Below are positions 8,414 through 20,461 of a stretch of DNA of 64,000 nucleotides, piece by piece; position 1 is the first letter of the stretch, and each line of letters opens with the position of its first letter. The translations under genes and the position numbers were made by a program. The notes under the pieces were generated by a model. It had not been told where the DNA came from. It did no database searches and saw only the letters and a list, made by a program, of their open reading frames with translations. This stretch comes from Candidatus Aminicenantes bacterium. GTDB lineage: Bacteria > Acidobacteriota > Aminicenantia > Aminicenantales > Saccharicenantaceae. Location: positions 1,325,840 to 1,389,839 of the forward strand of contig CAVQXL010000004.1 of NCBI GenBank assembly GCA_963717865.1, given 5' to 3'.

Positions 8414-10357
8414 GGATCTCGACGCGCGCTCCCAGGCCTCGATGAGACGGCGCGCCTCGTCCCGCCGGGGCGTATCGTCCGGGGGCGCCGCTTCCAGATA
8501 CCGGTTCATCCAGACGATCGCCTCCTTGAGGTTCCCGTTCTTTCCGAGGAGCAAGGCAAGGGCGTGGAGGGAGTCGGCGTATCGGTGTCGAAGGGAGGGA
8601 TTTTCGGGCTCGATCGCCATGGCCTTCCGATAGGAGGCTTGGGCGTCCTCCCATTTGCCGAGACGGGCGTATGCGCTTCCCGAAAGGAAAAGAGCGTCAA
8701 AATTGGAGGGATCCCTCCGGAGCAGGTCCCGGCCGGCCGACAGCGAGTCCTGCCAGCGGGCGGCATTGAGATAGAGCCCCATCAGGCGCGATAGGACGAG
8801 CTCCGAATCGGGGAACCTCGTCCTGGCCTCTTCCAGGAGCCGCACGGCCTCGTCGGCCCGGCCCATTTTCATTTCCAGCAGGGCCAGATTGACGTGGTTC
8901 GCCGGCACGCCGGGGTTCGCCTCGAGGACCTGACGATAACACTCGGCGGCCTGAACGAGCTTGCCTTCGTTCTCCAGGAGATTCCCCCGGAAGATGAGGA
9001 GATAGTCGCCGATCTTATCCTTCGGGTCGGGGAGACCTTTGTTAGCGGCGTCGCCGGCGGGCCCGCCGCCGAGATACCCCAACGACCTCAGGCGCTCCGT
9101 CTCGGCAGCCGTCATCGTCCTCCGCACCGCCCTTCGGGGCGGGGCGGTGCCGGAGCTTTCGATCGCCTTGTCGAGCTTCCCGGCCAGCTTCCCGAGGACG
9201 GCCCGTTCCGCCGCCGCGAGGTTCTTTTCTTCGCGGGGGTCCTCCGCCAGGTCATAGAGCTCGGGCGTCGGGGCCAGGACATACTTCCAGGGCCCGTCGA
9301 TGAATCCCTTCAATTCCGACCAGCCGTAATTCTCCCGAGGATAATAGGTCTCGATATAGGAGGAGAGATCGGCCTTTTTCTTCCCCCGGATATAGGGAAG
9401 GAGCGACGTCCCGCGGACCGGGGAAGGGATTCGCATCCCCAGCAGGTCCAGGATCGTCGGCATGACGTCGATGAGGCGGACCCGCGAAGGCACGACGAGT
9501 CCGGCCGGCAGGCCCTCGCCGCAACGGATGATCAGCGGCACCTTCAGCGTGCCGTCGTATAGGAAGAGCCCGTGATCGATCTCCTTTTTCTCCCCCAGGG
9601 CTTCCCCGTGGTCCCCGGCGACGACGATGAGCGTTCTGTCCAGGAGACCCTTGGCCTTCAACAGATCGAGAAGCCTGCCGATGACATGATCGACATAGGC
9701 GATCTCGCCGTCGTATTTGCGATTCGGGTACTCGGCGTCGAACGGCGGGGGAGGGGCGTAGGGGAGGTGCGGGTCGTAGAAATGGGCCCAGCCGAAGAAC
9801 CGCTCCCCGCGGCTCCCCTCGAGCCAGGGCGAGAGAGCGGCGAGAACGGCCCCGGCGTCGCGCTCCGACCGGAAGCTCTTCAGCGCCTCCCCGCCTTGGA
9901 CGTCATCGTCGTACAGGTCGAAGCCCCTGGCGAGGCCGAACCGTGAATCGAGCGTGAAGGACGCCACGAACGCCGCGGTCCTGTACCCGCGGGCTTTGAA
10001 CAGGCCGGCCAGAGTCGGCAGGTTCGGACCCAGGGAATAGGTCCCGTTGTTGCGAACGCCGTGGTCCGGAGGGTATGTCCCCGTCATGATCGAGCAATGC
10101 GAAGGAAGGGTCAGAGGGACCTGGGCATAAACGTTGGCGAACCGGACCCCTTCGGCGGCCAGACGGTCCAGGTTCGGGGTCCCGGCCCCGGCGTAACCGT
10201 AGCACCCGAGACGGTCGGCCCGCACGGTGTCGATGGTGATCAGGAGAACGTTGAGGTCCCGGCCCCCGGTGGCCGGCGAGGCCCCCGCGGCCAGGCCGGA
10301 GAGCACGGACACGGCGAGGATAATTGCGGGACCCGGACCAATCGAGCGCATGGTCAT
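8408..10357 (-). CDS. sulfatase-like (alkaline-phosphatase superfamily, Thr-nucleophile type) protein with C-terminal TPR repeats
   Basis: ORF 8408..10477; the likely start is M41/M43, ahead of the signal peptide MRSIGPGPAIILAVSVLSGLAAGA. Carries LLITIDTVRADRLG and LTLPSHCSIMTG (T-x-P-S-H in place of the C/S-x-P-x-R FGly motif) and GDHGE. The C-terminal ~200 aa are TPR-like. Confidence 0.8.
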   Translation of the reverse strand: MTMRSIGPGPAIILAVSVLSGLAAGASPATGGRDLNVLLITIDTVRADRLGCYGYAGAGTPNLDRLAAEGVRFANVYAQVPLTLPSHCSIMTGTYPPDHGVRNNGTYSLGPNLPTLAGLFKARGYRTAAFVASFTLDSRFGLARGFDLYDDDVQGGEALKSFRSERDAGAVLAALSPWLEGSRGERFFGWAHFYDPHLPYAPPPPFDAEYPNRKYDGEIAYVDHVIGRLLDLLKAKGLLDRTLIVVAGDHGEALGEKKEIDHGLFLYDGTLKVPLIIRCGEGLPAGLVVPSRVRLIDVMPTILDLLGMRIPSPVRGTSLLPYIRGKKKADLSSYIETYYPRENYGWSELKGFIDGPWKYVLAPTPELYDLAEDPREEKNLAAAERAVLGKLAGKLDKAIESSGTAPPRRAVRRTMTAAETERLRSLGYLGGGPAGDAANKGLPDPKDKIGDYLLIFRGNLLENEGKLVQAAECYRQVLEANPGVPANHVNLALLEMKMGRADEAVRLLEEARTRFPDSELVLSRLMGLYLNAARWQDSLSAGRDLLRRDPSNFDALFLSGSAYARLGKWEDAQASYRKAMAIEPENPSLRHRYADSLHALALLLGKNGNLKEAIVWMNRYLEAAPPDDTPRRDEARRLIEAWERASRSL

Positions 10358-10508
10358 CTCGATCGTTATTCTAGCCGATTTCGGGCTCCGGCGCGACAGG
10401 TCCGGGACGGCGGGCCCGCCGGACGAAGGGCTATGGACTCCGGAAGGCGAGGGGGCTATACTAACCCTCGTCATCACGTACTATGAATCCTCGAAAATGA
10501 GGTGAGCC

Positions 10509-12046
10509 ATGACCCTGCCGCGTTCTTTGATCACCGACATCCCCAGGCGTAAGTTCCTGGAGCTCGGCCTGAAGGGCGGATTCGCCGTCGTGGCCGCGCC
10601 GACGCTCCTCGACGGGCTCCTGTCCGGAGCGCCCATGCCGCGGCCCTCCGCGGGGACGTACGACCCGGCGCTCCTGGACCGGGTCATCCGCAAGGCCCTG
10701 GTCCGGGGCGGGGAGTTCGCCGAGGTCTACATCGAGCACAGGATCTCGCGGAACATCCTGATGGAGGAATCCAAGTTCAAGAACGCCGTCTTCGGCGTCA
10801 GCCGGGCGCCGGCGTCCGGGTCATCTCCGGCGACAAGACGGGCTACGCGTACACGGACGAGATCTCCGAGCCCGCGCTCCTGCGCGCCGCCGAGGTCGCC
10901 TCCTATATCGCCCGCGGGACGAAGGCCGCGGTGCCCGTCGACGTCCGCGCCGGGAAGCGGCCTTCGTATATCACCGTCAAGGTCCCGCTCCAGACCGTGG
11001 CCGACGAGAAGCGCGTCGCGATCATCCGGCGGGCCCACGACGCCGCCCTCGCCTACGACGCCAAGATCAAGATGGCCTCGATCGATTATTACGACGAGGT
11101 CCGCGGCCGGACCATCGCCAACAGCGAGGGCCTCCTTCTCGAGGACGAGCTGCCCCTCATCTTCTTCATCGTCCAGACCCTCGGCGTCGGGAACGGCACG
11201 TCCCACATGGGCCGCGAGCGGCTCAGCCGTCACGCCGGGCTCGAGATGTTCGACGAGGTCACGCCCCGAGGACGTCGCCCGGACGTCGGCCCGCGAGGCC
11301 GTCGCCATGCTCGAGCGCCAAGGACGCCCCGGCCGGCAAGATGGACGTCGTCATGCAGAACGGCTGGGGCGGCGTCCTCGTCCACGAGGCCGTCGGTCAC
11401 CCCCTCGAGGCCGACAACATCTCCCGGGAGACGGGCGTCTTCGTCGGCAAGCTCGGCCAGAAGGTCGCGAGCGACGTCTTCACGATGGTCGACGACGGCA
11501 CGTTGCCGAACTTCCGCGGGACGACGAATTTCGACGACGAGGGCACGACCATGAAGCGGAACGTCCTCATCCAGGACGGCGTCCTCCTCAAGTTCATGAC
11601 CGATATCCTGTCGGCCAAGCAGATCAAGATGGAGCGGACCGGGAACGGCCGGCGGGAGAGCTTCCGCTACATGCCCATCCCCCGGATGACCAACACGTTC
11701 ATCGAGAAGGGGCACGGACAAGCCGGCCGACATCCTGGCCTCGACGAAGAGCGGGATCTACGTCCAGAGCCTGAGCGGCGGCAGCGTCAACCCGACGACC
11801 GGCGTCTTCAACTTCACCTGCCGCGAGGCCTACCTCATCGAGGACGGGAAGAAGACCGAGCCGGTCAAGGGCGCGACCCTGATCGGCAACTGCCTGGACA
11901 TCATCCAGGGGATCGACGCGGTCGGCGACGACCTGGACTTCGGGCCGGGCATCTGCGGCAAGGGCCAGGCGGCCGAGGTCGACGCCGGCCAGCCGACCGT
12001 CCGGATCCGCGGCATCAACGTCGGCGGGACGCGGGCGAGAAGCTGA
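10509..12046 (+). pseudogene. tldD: TldD-family metalloprotease with twin-arginine signal; frame-disrupted (4 shifts)
   Basis: RBS GAGGTGA and Tat motif DIPRRKFLELG. TldD motifs (GAGVRVISGDKTGYAY, LVHEAVGHPLEAD, TNFDDEG, GRRESFRYMPIPRMTNT) are spread over three frames. Shifts lie at about 10804-06 (GGG, one G missing), 11264-67 (CCCC, one extra), ~11312 and 11709-12 (GGGG, one extra). The stop is TGA at 12044. Confidence 0.8.
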
Positions 12047-12072
12047 GGCGGAAGAGGACCAAGGAGACGATC

Positions 12073-13412
12073 ATGACGGACCATAAAGCACTGGCGGAAC
12101 AGCTCGTCAGGACGTGCCTGAAGAAGGGCGCCGACGCGGCCGAGGTCTACCTCGCAGACGGGCCGAAACCTGAGCATCGAGGTGCGCAACGGCGAGATCG
12201 AGACCGTCCAGGAGGCCTCCGGCGCCGGCGCCGGCCTCCGGGTCTTCGTCAAGGGCCGGATGGCGTTCTCGAGCTCGAACGATCTCGGCGAAAAAGCCCT
12301 CGACGACGCCGTCGCCCGGGCGGTCGACTTCGCCCGGATCACGACCGCCGACGAGGCGAACGTCCTCCCCGAGGACAAGGGCCTGACCGAGGTCTCCGGA
12401 CTCTACGACCCCTCGATCGCCGGGATCCCGATGGACGACAAGATCGAGCTGGCCAGGAAAGTCGAGAAGCTCGCCCTGAAGGACCCACGGGTCACGAAGA
12501 GCGCCGGGGCCGGCTACGGGGAAGGGGAGGGGGAGATCGTTCATCGCCAACTCTCACGGCCTCATCAAGAGCGCCCGGTCCTCGTTCTGCTCGTTCGGCG
12601 TTTCCGTCGTCGCGGAAAAGGGCGATCAGAAATCCTCGGGCGGTGAATACTGCGGCCGCCGCTTCTTCGCCGACCTCAAGCCGGCCGAGGAGATCGCCGC
12701 CAAGGCCGCCCGGAAGGCGGTCGAGATGCTCGACCCGAAGCCCGTCAAGACCCAGAAAGCGGCCGTCATCTTCGATACGGACGTGGCCTATGCCCTCCTC
12801 GGCGGGATCCTGGGCGCCGTCAACGGGGAGCGCGTCCTCCAGGGGGCGAGCTTCCTGGGCCGAGCGCCTCGGTCAGAAGATCGCCTCCGAGCTCGTGACC
12901 GTCGTCGACGACGGGACGCGCCGAAGGGCCCGGCCAGCGAGCCGTTCGACGGCGAGGGCGTCCCGACGGCCAAGAGGATCATCGTCGACAAGGGCGTCCT
13001 CACGGGCTTCCTGTACAACACCATCGTCGCCAAGCGGGCGGGGGTGAGGAGCACCGGGAACGCCTCCCGCGACGGCTTCTCGAGCCTGCCCGGGATCGGT
13101 CCCCACAATTTCTACATGGCCGCCGGAACGTCCAAGCGCGCCGACATCATCCAGGCCACTCCGCGCGGACTCCTGCTCACCGAGGTCACGGGCTACGGCA
13201 TCAACCCCGTCAACGGGAACTTCAGCGGCGGCGCCGAAGGCTTCTGGATCGAGGACGGCAAGATCGCCTTCCCGGTCAAGGGCCTGACCATCGCCGGCAC
13301 GGCCGACGAGATGCTCAACGGCATCGACATGGTCGCCGACGACCTCGACCTCGACCGCTCCATGACGGCGCCGACCTTCCGCATCAAGTTGATGCAGATC
13401 GGCGGGGATTGA
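12073..13412 (+). pseudogene. pmbA: PmbA/TldE-family protein; frame-disrupted
   Basis: RBS AAGGAGA, start MTDHKALAEQLV. PmbA-like segments (GAGLRVFVKGRMAFSSS, DPRVTKSAGAGY, GNFSGGAEGFWIEDGKIAFPVKGLTIAG, TFRIKLMQIGG) occur in three frames. Shifts lie near 12165, 12540 and 12870-12930. Confidence 0.8.
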
Positions 13413-13689
13413 CCGGCTCCGGTCGATCCCACAGCCCGGCCCTAAGGCCCGGGCGCTCTCCCGGGAATCGTGGACGGGGGCGACCGGACACGCGCCTCTG
13501 ACGCTGAGCACGTGAAGTCCCGGGGGCCGAGCCCCGGAACACACGTCGGCAACCGGAATGAGCTCTTCCTGATCTCGGCGGCAGCCGTCCGGCCCCCGGG
13601 CAAGGGGCCTCCCGAACTGGCATTGACGGGAGACGTGTCATATAATGAAAAATCCGGTCCGTGCCGAACTCAAAGGGAGGAGAACCCTC

Positions 13690-16600
13690 ATGACGTGCTT
13701 CAATATTTCCCGGTCCCGTCGTCGAATGGCCTCCGCGCTCCTGCTGGCGTCCTGTCTCGCCGTCGCCGCGGCCGTCCCGGCCGTGGGGCAAAGCGCGGAT
13801 AAGACCGCGGGACTGTTCGACAAGTTCCTCTGGCGCCCCCTCGGGCCCGCGATCATGGGAGGGCGGACCGTGGACATCGACGTTCCCGAGGGCCGGAGGG
13901 GCACCGTCTACGCGGCGGTCGGGCCGAGCGGGGTATGGAAATCCGAGAACCACGGCACGACGTGGTCTCCCGTCTTCTTCAAGGAATCCACCGTCTCCGT
14001 CGGGGACGTCACCGTCGCCCCGTCCGACCCTTCCATCGTCTGGGTGGGGACCGGCGAAGCCACCTGCCGCAACAGCGTCACGATAGGCGACGGCGTCTAT
14101 AAGTCGACCGACGCGGGGAAGACCTGGACGAACATGGGGCTTAAGGAGACGCGGCACGTCGCCCGGATCCTCGTCAACAGGGGAGACCCCAATATCGTCC
14201 TCGTCGCCGCCATGGGCCACCTCTGGGGGCCCAATCCCGAACGGGGCGTCTTCCGGACCGTCGACGGCGGAAAGAATTGGCAGAAGACCCTGTATATCAA
14301 TGATGATACGGGGATCGCCGACATCGCCCAGGACCCCTCGAACTCGCTCATCATCTATGCGGCGGCCTACGAGCACCGTCGTTTACCCTATATTTATACG
14401 AGCGGGGGGCCGGGGAGCGGGATCTACCGCTCGAGCGACGGCGGGGTGACCTGGGAGCGGCTGACGAAGGACCTGCCCGCAGGCACATCGGGCCGCATCG
14501 GACTGGCCGTGGCCCGGAGCAAGCCCGGCGTCGTCTATGCCCTCATCGAGCACGACGACGGCGGGATCTGGAGGTCGGAGGACTACGGGAACAGCTGGAA
14601 AAGGGCCTGCGATGCCCCGACGTTCCGGCGGGTCAATTCGCGACCGTTCTACTACAGCCAGATCCACGTCGATCCCTCGGACGACCGGACGGTCTATGTC
14701 CTGTCGACGGGCCTTTTCGTATCGAACGACGGCGGCCAGAAGTTCCGGCCCATCGGGGCGGGCATCCACCCGGACCACCACGGGTTCTGGATCGACCCCT
14801 CGGACCCGGCCCATCTCATCGACGGCAACGACGGCGGGATCGACATTTCCTACGACGGCGGGAAAACCTGGCAGGCGGTCCAGAGCATCGACGCCGCCGA
14901 GGTCTACCAGGTGGGCTTCGACCTGGACACTCCCTATCGCGTCTATTGCGGCCTTCAGGATAACGGGGTCTGGGGCGCCCCGAACGCCTCCCTCGACCCG
15001 CGCGGGATCACCAACGAGGACTGGGTCATGATCGGCGGGGGAGACGGCTTCTTCGCCCGGCCCGACCCCACCGATCCCAGGCACCGTCTACTCCAATTCC
15101 CAGATGAACGGCCTGCAGAGGTACGACGCGAGGATCGGCCGGGCGAAGGGCATCCGGCCGGCCGCGGCGGCGAAGGACCGGCCGTTCAGGTTCAACTGGA
15201 ATTCCCCGGTCCTCATCTCTTCCCACGACCCGAAGACGGTTTACTGCGGCGGGAATTACCTCTTCCGGTCCTCGGACAAGGGCCATTCCTGGGAGACCGT
15301 CGGCCCCGACCTGACGACCGACGATCCCGAAAAACAGAAGGACTCCGGCGGGCCGATATCCCGGGAGAACAGCGGGGCCGAGGTCCATTGCACGATCGTC
15401 GCCATCGCCGAGTCGCCGGTCGAGGCCTCCGTCCTCTGGTGCGGCACCGACGACGGGAACCTCCAGCTGACCCGGGACGGCGGGAAGACGTGGAGAAACG
15501 TCGCCCCGGCCATTCCCGGACTGCCGAAGCATACGTGGTGCTCCCGGGTGGAGGCCTCGCACTTCGACGCCGGGACGGCCTACGCGTCCTTCGACGGCCA
15601 CCGGACGGACGACTACCGGACCTATATCTACGCGACGGCCGATTTCGGGAAAACGTGGAGACCGCTCGCCCAGGGCCTGCCTTTCGGCTGGGTCCACGTC
15701 GTCCGGGAGGACCTCGTGAACCGCAGCCTGCTCTTCGCCGGGACCGAGTTCGGGATCCACGCCTCGCTCGACGGGGGCCGCAGCTGGTTCTCCCTCCGGA
15801 ACAACCTGCCCACGGTCGCTGTCCACGACATCGCGATCCACCCCCGGGAACGCGACCTCATCATCGGGACCCACGGGCGAGGGATCTGGGTCCTGGACGA
15901 CATAAGCTTCCTCCGGGAGATGTCGGAAGCCCTTTGGGCCTCGGACTTCCGCCTCTTCGGCGTCCGGCCCGCGGTCTGGTCCTGGACGACCCTCCGGGGC
16001 GAGCCGTATGGGAAGCCGGGATTCCTGGGGAAGAACCCGCAGCCCGGAGTCCCGGTCACGGCCTGGCTCAAGGCGGACACCAAGGATAAGATCCGCGTCG
16101 CCATCAAGGACGCGTCGGGGAAGACCGTTTCGGAGCTGGAGATGGACCCCAAGGCCGGGTTCCAGAGGGCGGTCTGGAACCTCCAATTCGTGCCCGAAGC
16201 CTCGGACGGCAAGAAATACCCCGCCGGCTCTGCCTTGTTCGCGTTTTTGCCCGCCGTCCTCCCGGGGAAGTACGCGGCGGAGATCTCCATGGGAGGCGTC
16301 GTCCACAGGAGCGAGTTCGAGGTTGCCCACGACCCGCGGGCGGCGGTCCTCCCCGCCGAAGCCTGGCAGGCACATTACAAGGCCATCGGAGATGTCCTCA
16401 AGGCCTCAAGGAAGCTGGCGTTGGCCATCACTTCCGCCAAGAGCGTTCGCAGGCATCTCGATTCCCTCACGCCCGAGCTTGCCAAGATGGGGGAGAGGGC
16501 CGCTCCCGCGCGGGAGGCCCTGACGCCCTTTCTGGAGATTCTTTCCCGCGTCGAAGCCGCCATCATACCCGGCGATTTCTTGTCTTCGCAGGTCTCTCTC

Positions 16601-16843
16601 GATTCCGCTCTTCGTGGCGGGCCCCTTTCCATACGGCTCATGACCCTTGGCTCGGGAATCGCCGGCTTTCCTTCGGCTCCGTCCGCGACCGAGACCGCTC
16701 AGGTCGCCGACCTCGGGCTCGCCCTCGATGACGCCGTCGCCGAGCTCAATGCCCTCATCGAAACGGAGGTCCCCAAGCTCAATAAGATCTTCACGGAACT
16801 GGGCCTCAAAACCTTTCCATCGATCGCCGCAGTCGCTATCTGA
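13690..16843 (+). pseudogene. sortilin/VPS10-type BNR (Asp-box) repeat protein, secreted; one frameshift near 15075
   Basis: GGAGGAG RBS before ATG 13690, followed by a signal peptide (ALLLASCLAVAAAVPAVG). Ten SxDxGxTW-like Asp boxes are present (STDAGKTW, TVDGGKNW, SSDGGVTW, SEDYGNSW, SNDGGQKF, SYDGGKTW, SSDKGHSW, TRDGGKTW, TADFGKTW, SLDGGRSW). ORFs 13645..16089 and 15104..16843 join at ...ARPDPTDP/GTVYSNSQMNG. Confidence 0.75.
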
Positions 16844-16900
16844 GTCGTGGAGCCGGGCCGCCCGGCTCCTTTAACGTGTTTATATTCAATGCTTTATATG

Positions 16901-16932
16901 CTCTTGTAACTTATTTGTTTTCTATATGATAC
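16901..16932. repeat. copy 1 of a ~30-bp AT-rich direct repeat upstream of parA
   Basis: ctcttgtaaCTTATTTGTTtTCTATaTgaTAC. Its core CTTATTTGTT-TCTAT...TAC is 19/23 identical to copy 2, which lies 140 bp downstream. Confidence 0.6.
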
Positions 16933-17040
16933 GAGACATCCCGAGCGTTGTGAATCCGTTTCGCGGCGCTCGTCCTTGCCGAGACCGCTGATGATTTTTT
17001 GCGAGGCCCGAATCTTAACCTCCGACGATTCGACTCTAAT

Positions 17041-17073
17041 CTCATTGTATCTTATTTGTTATCTATGTATTAC
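17041..17073. repeat. copy 2 of the ~30-bp AT-rich direct repeat upstream of parA
   Basis: ctcattgtatCTTATTTGTTaTCTATgTatTAC; same orientation as copy 1. Confidence 0.6.
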
Positions 17074-17079
17074 AAAATA

Positions 17080-17095
17080 TGTCGGCGCGCCGACA
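17080..17095. promoter_or_regulatory. perfect 16-bp palindrome TGTCGGCGCGCCGACA, candidate operator or centromere-like site
   Basis: Read directly from the sequence: the reverse complement is identical. It lies 70 bp upstream of the parA ATG and just upstream of a possible TTGATT...TATATA promoter (17133-17159). It has the same length and TGT...ACA ends as canonical parS but a different core. Confidence 0.4.
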
Positions 17096-17149
17096 ATTCG
17101 GAGCGCGGCGAAAAATAGTATTTGATTTTTGGCCATTCTTCCTATATAA

Positions 17150-17946
<797 letters not shown>

Positions 17947-17960
<14 letters not shown>

Positions 17961-18797
17961 GCGTTCCGGGCTCCCAGAGACCATTGGCATGAGGCATGAT
18001 GATCATTTCGTGGACCTCATCTCCGCGCGCACGCACGGGTCCGCGGATCCGGATGATCCCCGTCGAGAAGATCGACCCGAATCCCCATCAGGCGCGGAGC
18101 GAGCTCGGGAACATCCAGGAGCTCATGGATTCGATCCGCGCCAAGGGCGTTCTCGAGCCCATCCTTGTCCGGTCCATGGGCCACCGGTTCGAGATCATCG
18201 CCGGGGAGCGCCGGTTCATCGCCTCGAAGAACGTCGGCCTGAAGGAGCTGCCCTGCATCGAGTTCGATGTCCCCGAAAACGAGGCCATGGAGATCGCCCT
18301 GATCGAGAACCTCCAGCGCAAGGACCTCGACATTTTCGAGGAAGCCGACGGGCTGAACGCCCTGATCGAGCTGTACAGCTACAATCATCAGGACGTCTCG
18401 GATAAGATCGGCAAGGCCCGGTCGACGATCACCGAGATCCTATCCATCTCCAAGATCCCGGAGACCGTCCGGCAGGTCATCAAGTCCTCGGGGGTCTTCA
18501 GCCGGAGCACGATCATCGAGATCGCCCGGCAGAAGACCGACGGACGACATGATGAAGTTCGCCCAGGAGATCGTCGACCGCCGGCTGACGCGGGAAGATA
18601 CGCGGGACCTGTCCAAACTCCTCAAGGGTAAGGTCAAGAAGGCGAAATATTACGTCTACAACTACATCCCGGAGGGGACCGACAAGTTCCGGATGCGGCT
18701 CGAGTTCAAGAAGCAGATGGTCAGCCGGCAGGAGATCATCGACGCCCTCGAGGATATCCTGCAGAATCTCAAAGAACAGGCGGGCCCGAAGAGCTGA
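17947..18797 (+). pseudogene. parB: ParB-like partition protein (ParB/Srx N-domain plus HTH); two frameshifts (~18040, ~18545)
   Basis: GTG 17947 overlaps the parA end. Carries IPVEKIDPNPHQARSEL, GVLEPILVR...FEIIAGERRF, ALIENLQRKDL and HQDVSDKIGKARSTITEILSI (HTH). The C-terminal ~90 aa (KYYVYNYIPEGTDKFRMRLEFKK...) do not resemble the usual Spo0J dimerisation tail. Confidence 0.8.
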
Positions 18798-19583
18798 TTC
18801 GGTTCCGGTCCGGCGCCTGAGCCTAAAGACCTGATATCCTGACCCTTTAGCTCGATTTTCCGTCGATATCCGGAGAACGGGAAGGGACCCCGGAACACGC
18901 CCGCCCCGAGCTTATTTTGCATTTTGGGCTCATCGTTATATTAGTTGACATAATAATCCTTATGCGACTCATTTATACAATCAAGCCTATCCCCATACGC
19001 TGCAATGATTTCGGGATTTCCTCCTTCTGTTGATATCGGCGCCGCCCAAAACGCGGGCAATTGTGGATATCGCCGCACTCTTCCCGCGATCGAACCGCCT
19101 AACCGGCCCTTATGCCTTCGTTCCGATTCATTCCCGGATGATCCGCCGCGCGTCGCCGACGACCCCTTTTTTTCGGCTACGACGCCTCCTGGATCTGATT
19201 GCAAAGGACCCTACAGCGGCCACGATATATATAGTCGCGTCGCGGCCTCCCGCCAAGGATGCCGAGTAGATCATCAGCCCGTCGTCCCAAGCTCCTGCTG
19301 ACGCCCCCATTATATTTGTGACTTGCCGGTTTAGAATCCCCCTCACGTTCACGTGCCCCGTCTTCGTCAGCCGGCGCACTCGTCGGGCATTATCCGTATA
19401 TCTGTATTATTATCTGTTATATACGAACTTTTTGCTCCCGGCTGCTGATAACACACACATTACGATAATTCCTGGAATCAATCAAAGCCTCGCGTCTGAC
19501 CTTCGCCCCCCGCGCTATGTGGTTAAATCCATTGACAAGAAGCGTCTCCGGAGATATCTTCTCTCCTAAAGGAGGGACCAAAT
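18798..19583. other. 785-bp non-coding, partly AT-rich region downstream of parB
   Basis: Only short ORFs of low plausibility in all six frames. Contains TGTGGATAT (19062-70) and TGTGGTTAA (19518-26), each 8/9 to the DnaA-box complement TGTGGATAA. Also TTATCCGTA (19390-98, 7/9), TATCTGT twice (19399-405, 19411-417), TTATATTTGTG (19310-20) and CATAA-N6-TTATG (18949-18964). Confidence 0.5.
19532..19560 (+). promoter_or_regulatory. sigma70-like promoter for the methyltransferase/MetF-like pair
   Basis: TTGACA (19532-37), a 17-nt spacer, then TATCTT (19555-60). An AGGAGG RBS and ATG 19584 follow. Confidence 0.45.
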
Positions 19584-20460
19584 ATGGCCATTCCCGGATT
19601 GACGATCATCGGAGAATCGATCAACGACTCCGTGCCCTCGACGAAGCTGCTGTTCGACGCGAACGACGTTCCCGGCCTCCTCGCGCTGGCCCGGAGCCAG
19701 GATGAAAAAGGCGCGTCCTACATCGACGTGAACGTCGGGGCGCGCTCCCCGGACTTCATGGCTGACCTCGTCCGCCGCATCCAGTCGGTCACGGGAAAGC
19801 CCCTCTCCATCGATACGCCGGACCCGGACCTTGCCGAAGCGGGCCTCCGGGCCTATGACCCGGAGCGGGCCGGAGGGCGGAAGCCGATCCTGAACTCCAT
19901 CTCGACGATGCGGCTCGGGATGTTCGACCTCTGGGCGGTCCGGCCGTTCGTCCCCATCCTCATGGCCTCGGAGGGTTTCGACGCCGCCGCGGGATGTGTC
20001 CGCATGAACAAGACCGCGGAGGACACGCGCCGGGCGGCCCGGGCCCTGCTCGAGGAGGCCCGCCGCCGCATCCCCGGCTTCGCGAACGACCAGGCCATCG
20101 TCGACCCGGGCATCGCCCCCGTCGGCGGCGACTGCGAAGGCCAGTTCCGGCGGGTCGTCGAGTCGCTCGCCCTCATCCACGACGACCCGTTCTTCGCCGG
20201 GGTCCACATGTCGGTCGGCCTGAGCAACTTCACGGTCATGCTGCCCTCCAAGAAGAAGGACGGGACGCCCGGTGAAAGGCCCCCTGGAGAGCGCGTTCCT
20301 GACCCTGGCCACGCCCCGCGGCCTCGACACGATCATCGGCTCGACGGTCCGCAAGTACGAGATCCTCCCCGCCGGGCACGCGGCTCTGGAGTGCCTCGGG
20401 GACATCCTTAAGCTCGAGGGCCTCGAGACCCTCATGCGGCTCAAGAAGTTCTACTCCTGA
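19584..20460 (+). pseudogene. pterin-binding domain methyltransferase (methyl-THF:corrinoid MeTr/AcsE-like); one frameshift at ~20268-20272
   Basis: LTIIGESINDSVP, YIDVNVGA, PLSIDTPDP, ILNSIS and VDPGIAPVG are TIM-barrel pterin-binding-domain features. ORF 19584.. and ORF 20272..20460 (VKGPLESAFLTLATPRGLDTIIG) join if one nt is removed in CCCGG. Confidence 0.7.
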
Positions 20461-20461
20461 G

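Noticed and set aside
18860-18910. AACGGGAAGGGACCCCGGAACACGCCCGCCCC, which superficially recalls the GGGAA/CCC core of cobalamin riboswitches and lies near a corrinoid-related operon.
   Set aside because: There is no B12 box (GCCACTG-like) and no recognisable P4-P6 pairing. It lies 700 nt upstream of the methyltransferase gene, which has its own promoter only ~25 nt from the ATG.
18943-18970. dif-like 28-mer AGTTGACATAA-TAATCC-TTATGCGACTC, considered because gene orientation converges near here.
   Set aside because: Only the inner CATAA-N6-TTATG core matches. The usually best-conserved outer XerD arm (TTAAAT-like) is absent. I kept it as a detail of the parAB-region finding rather than as a feature.
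19347-19355. GTTCACGTG, half of the canonical parS palindrome.
   Set aside because: Only about 8 central nucleotides match and the flanks do not complete the 16-bp palindrome. A similar half-match occurs inside a coding region (20490-20500).
18941-19379. Short ORFs (61-98 aa) on both strands in the moderately GC-rich middle of the 785-bp region; considered as a decayed or novel small gene.
   Set aside because: None has an RBS, a recognisable motif or convincing amino-acid composition. Given the indel rate, a broken gene cannot be excluded, but I cannot support one.
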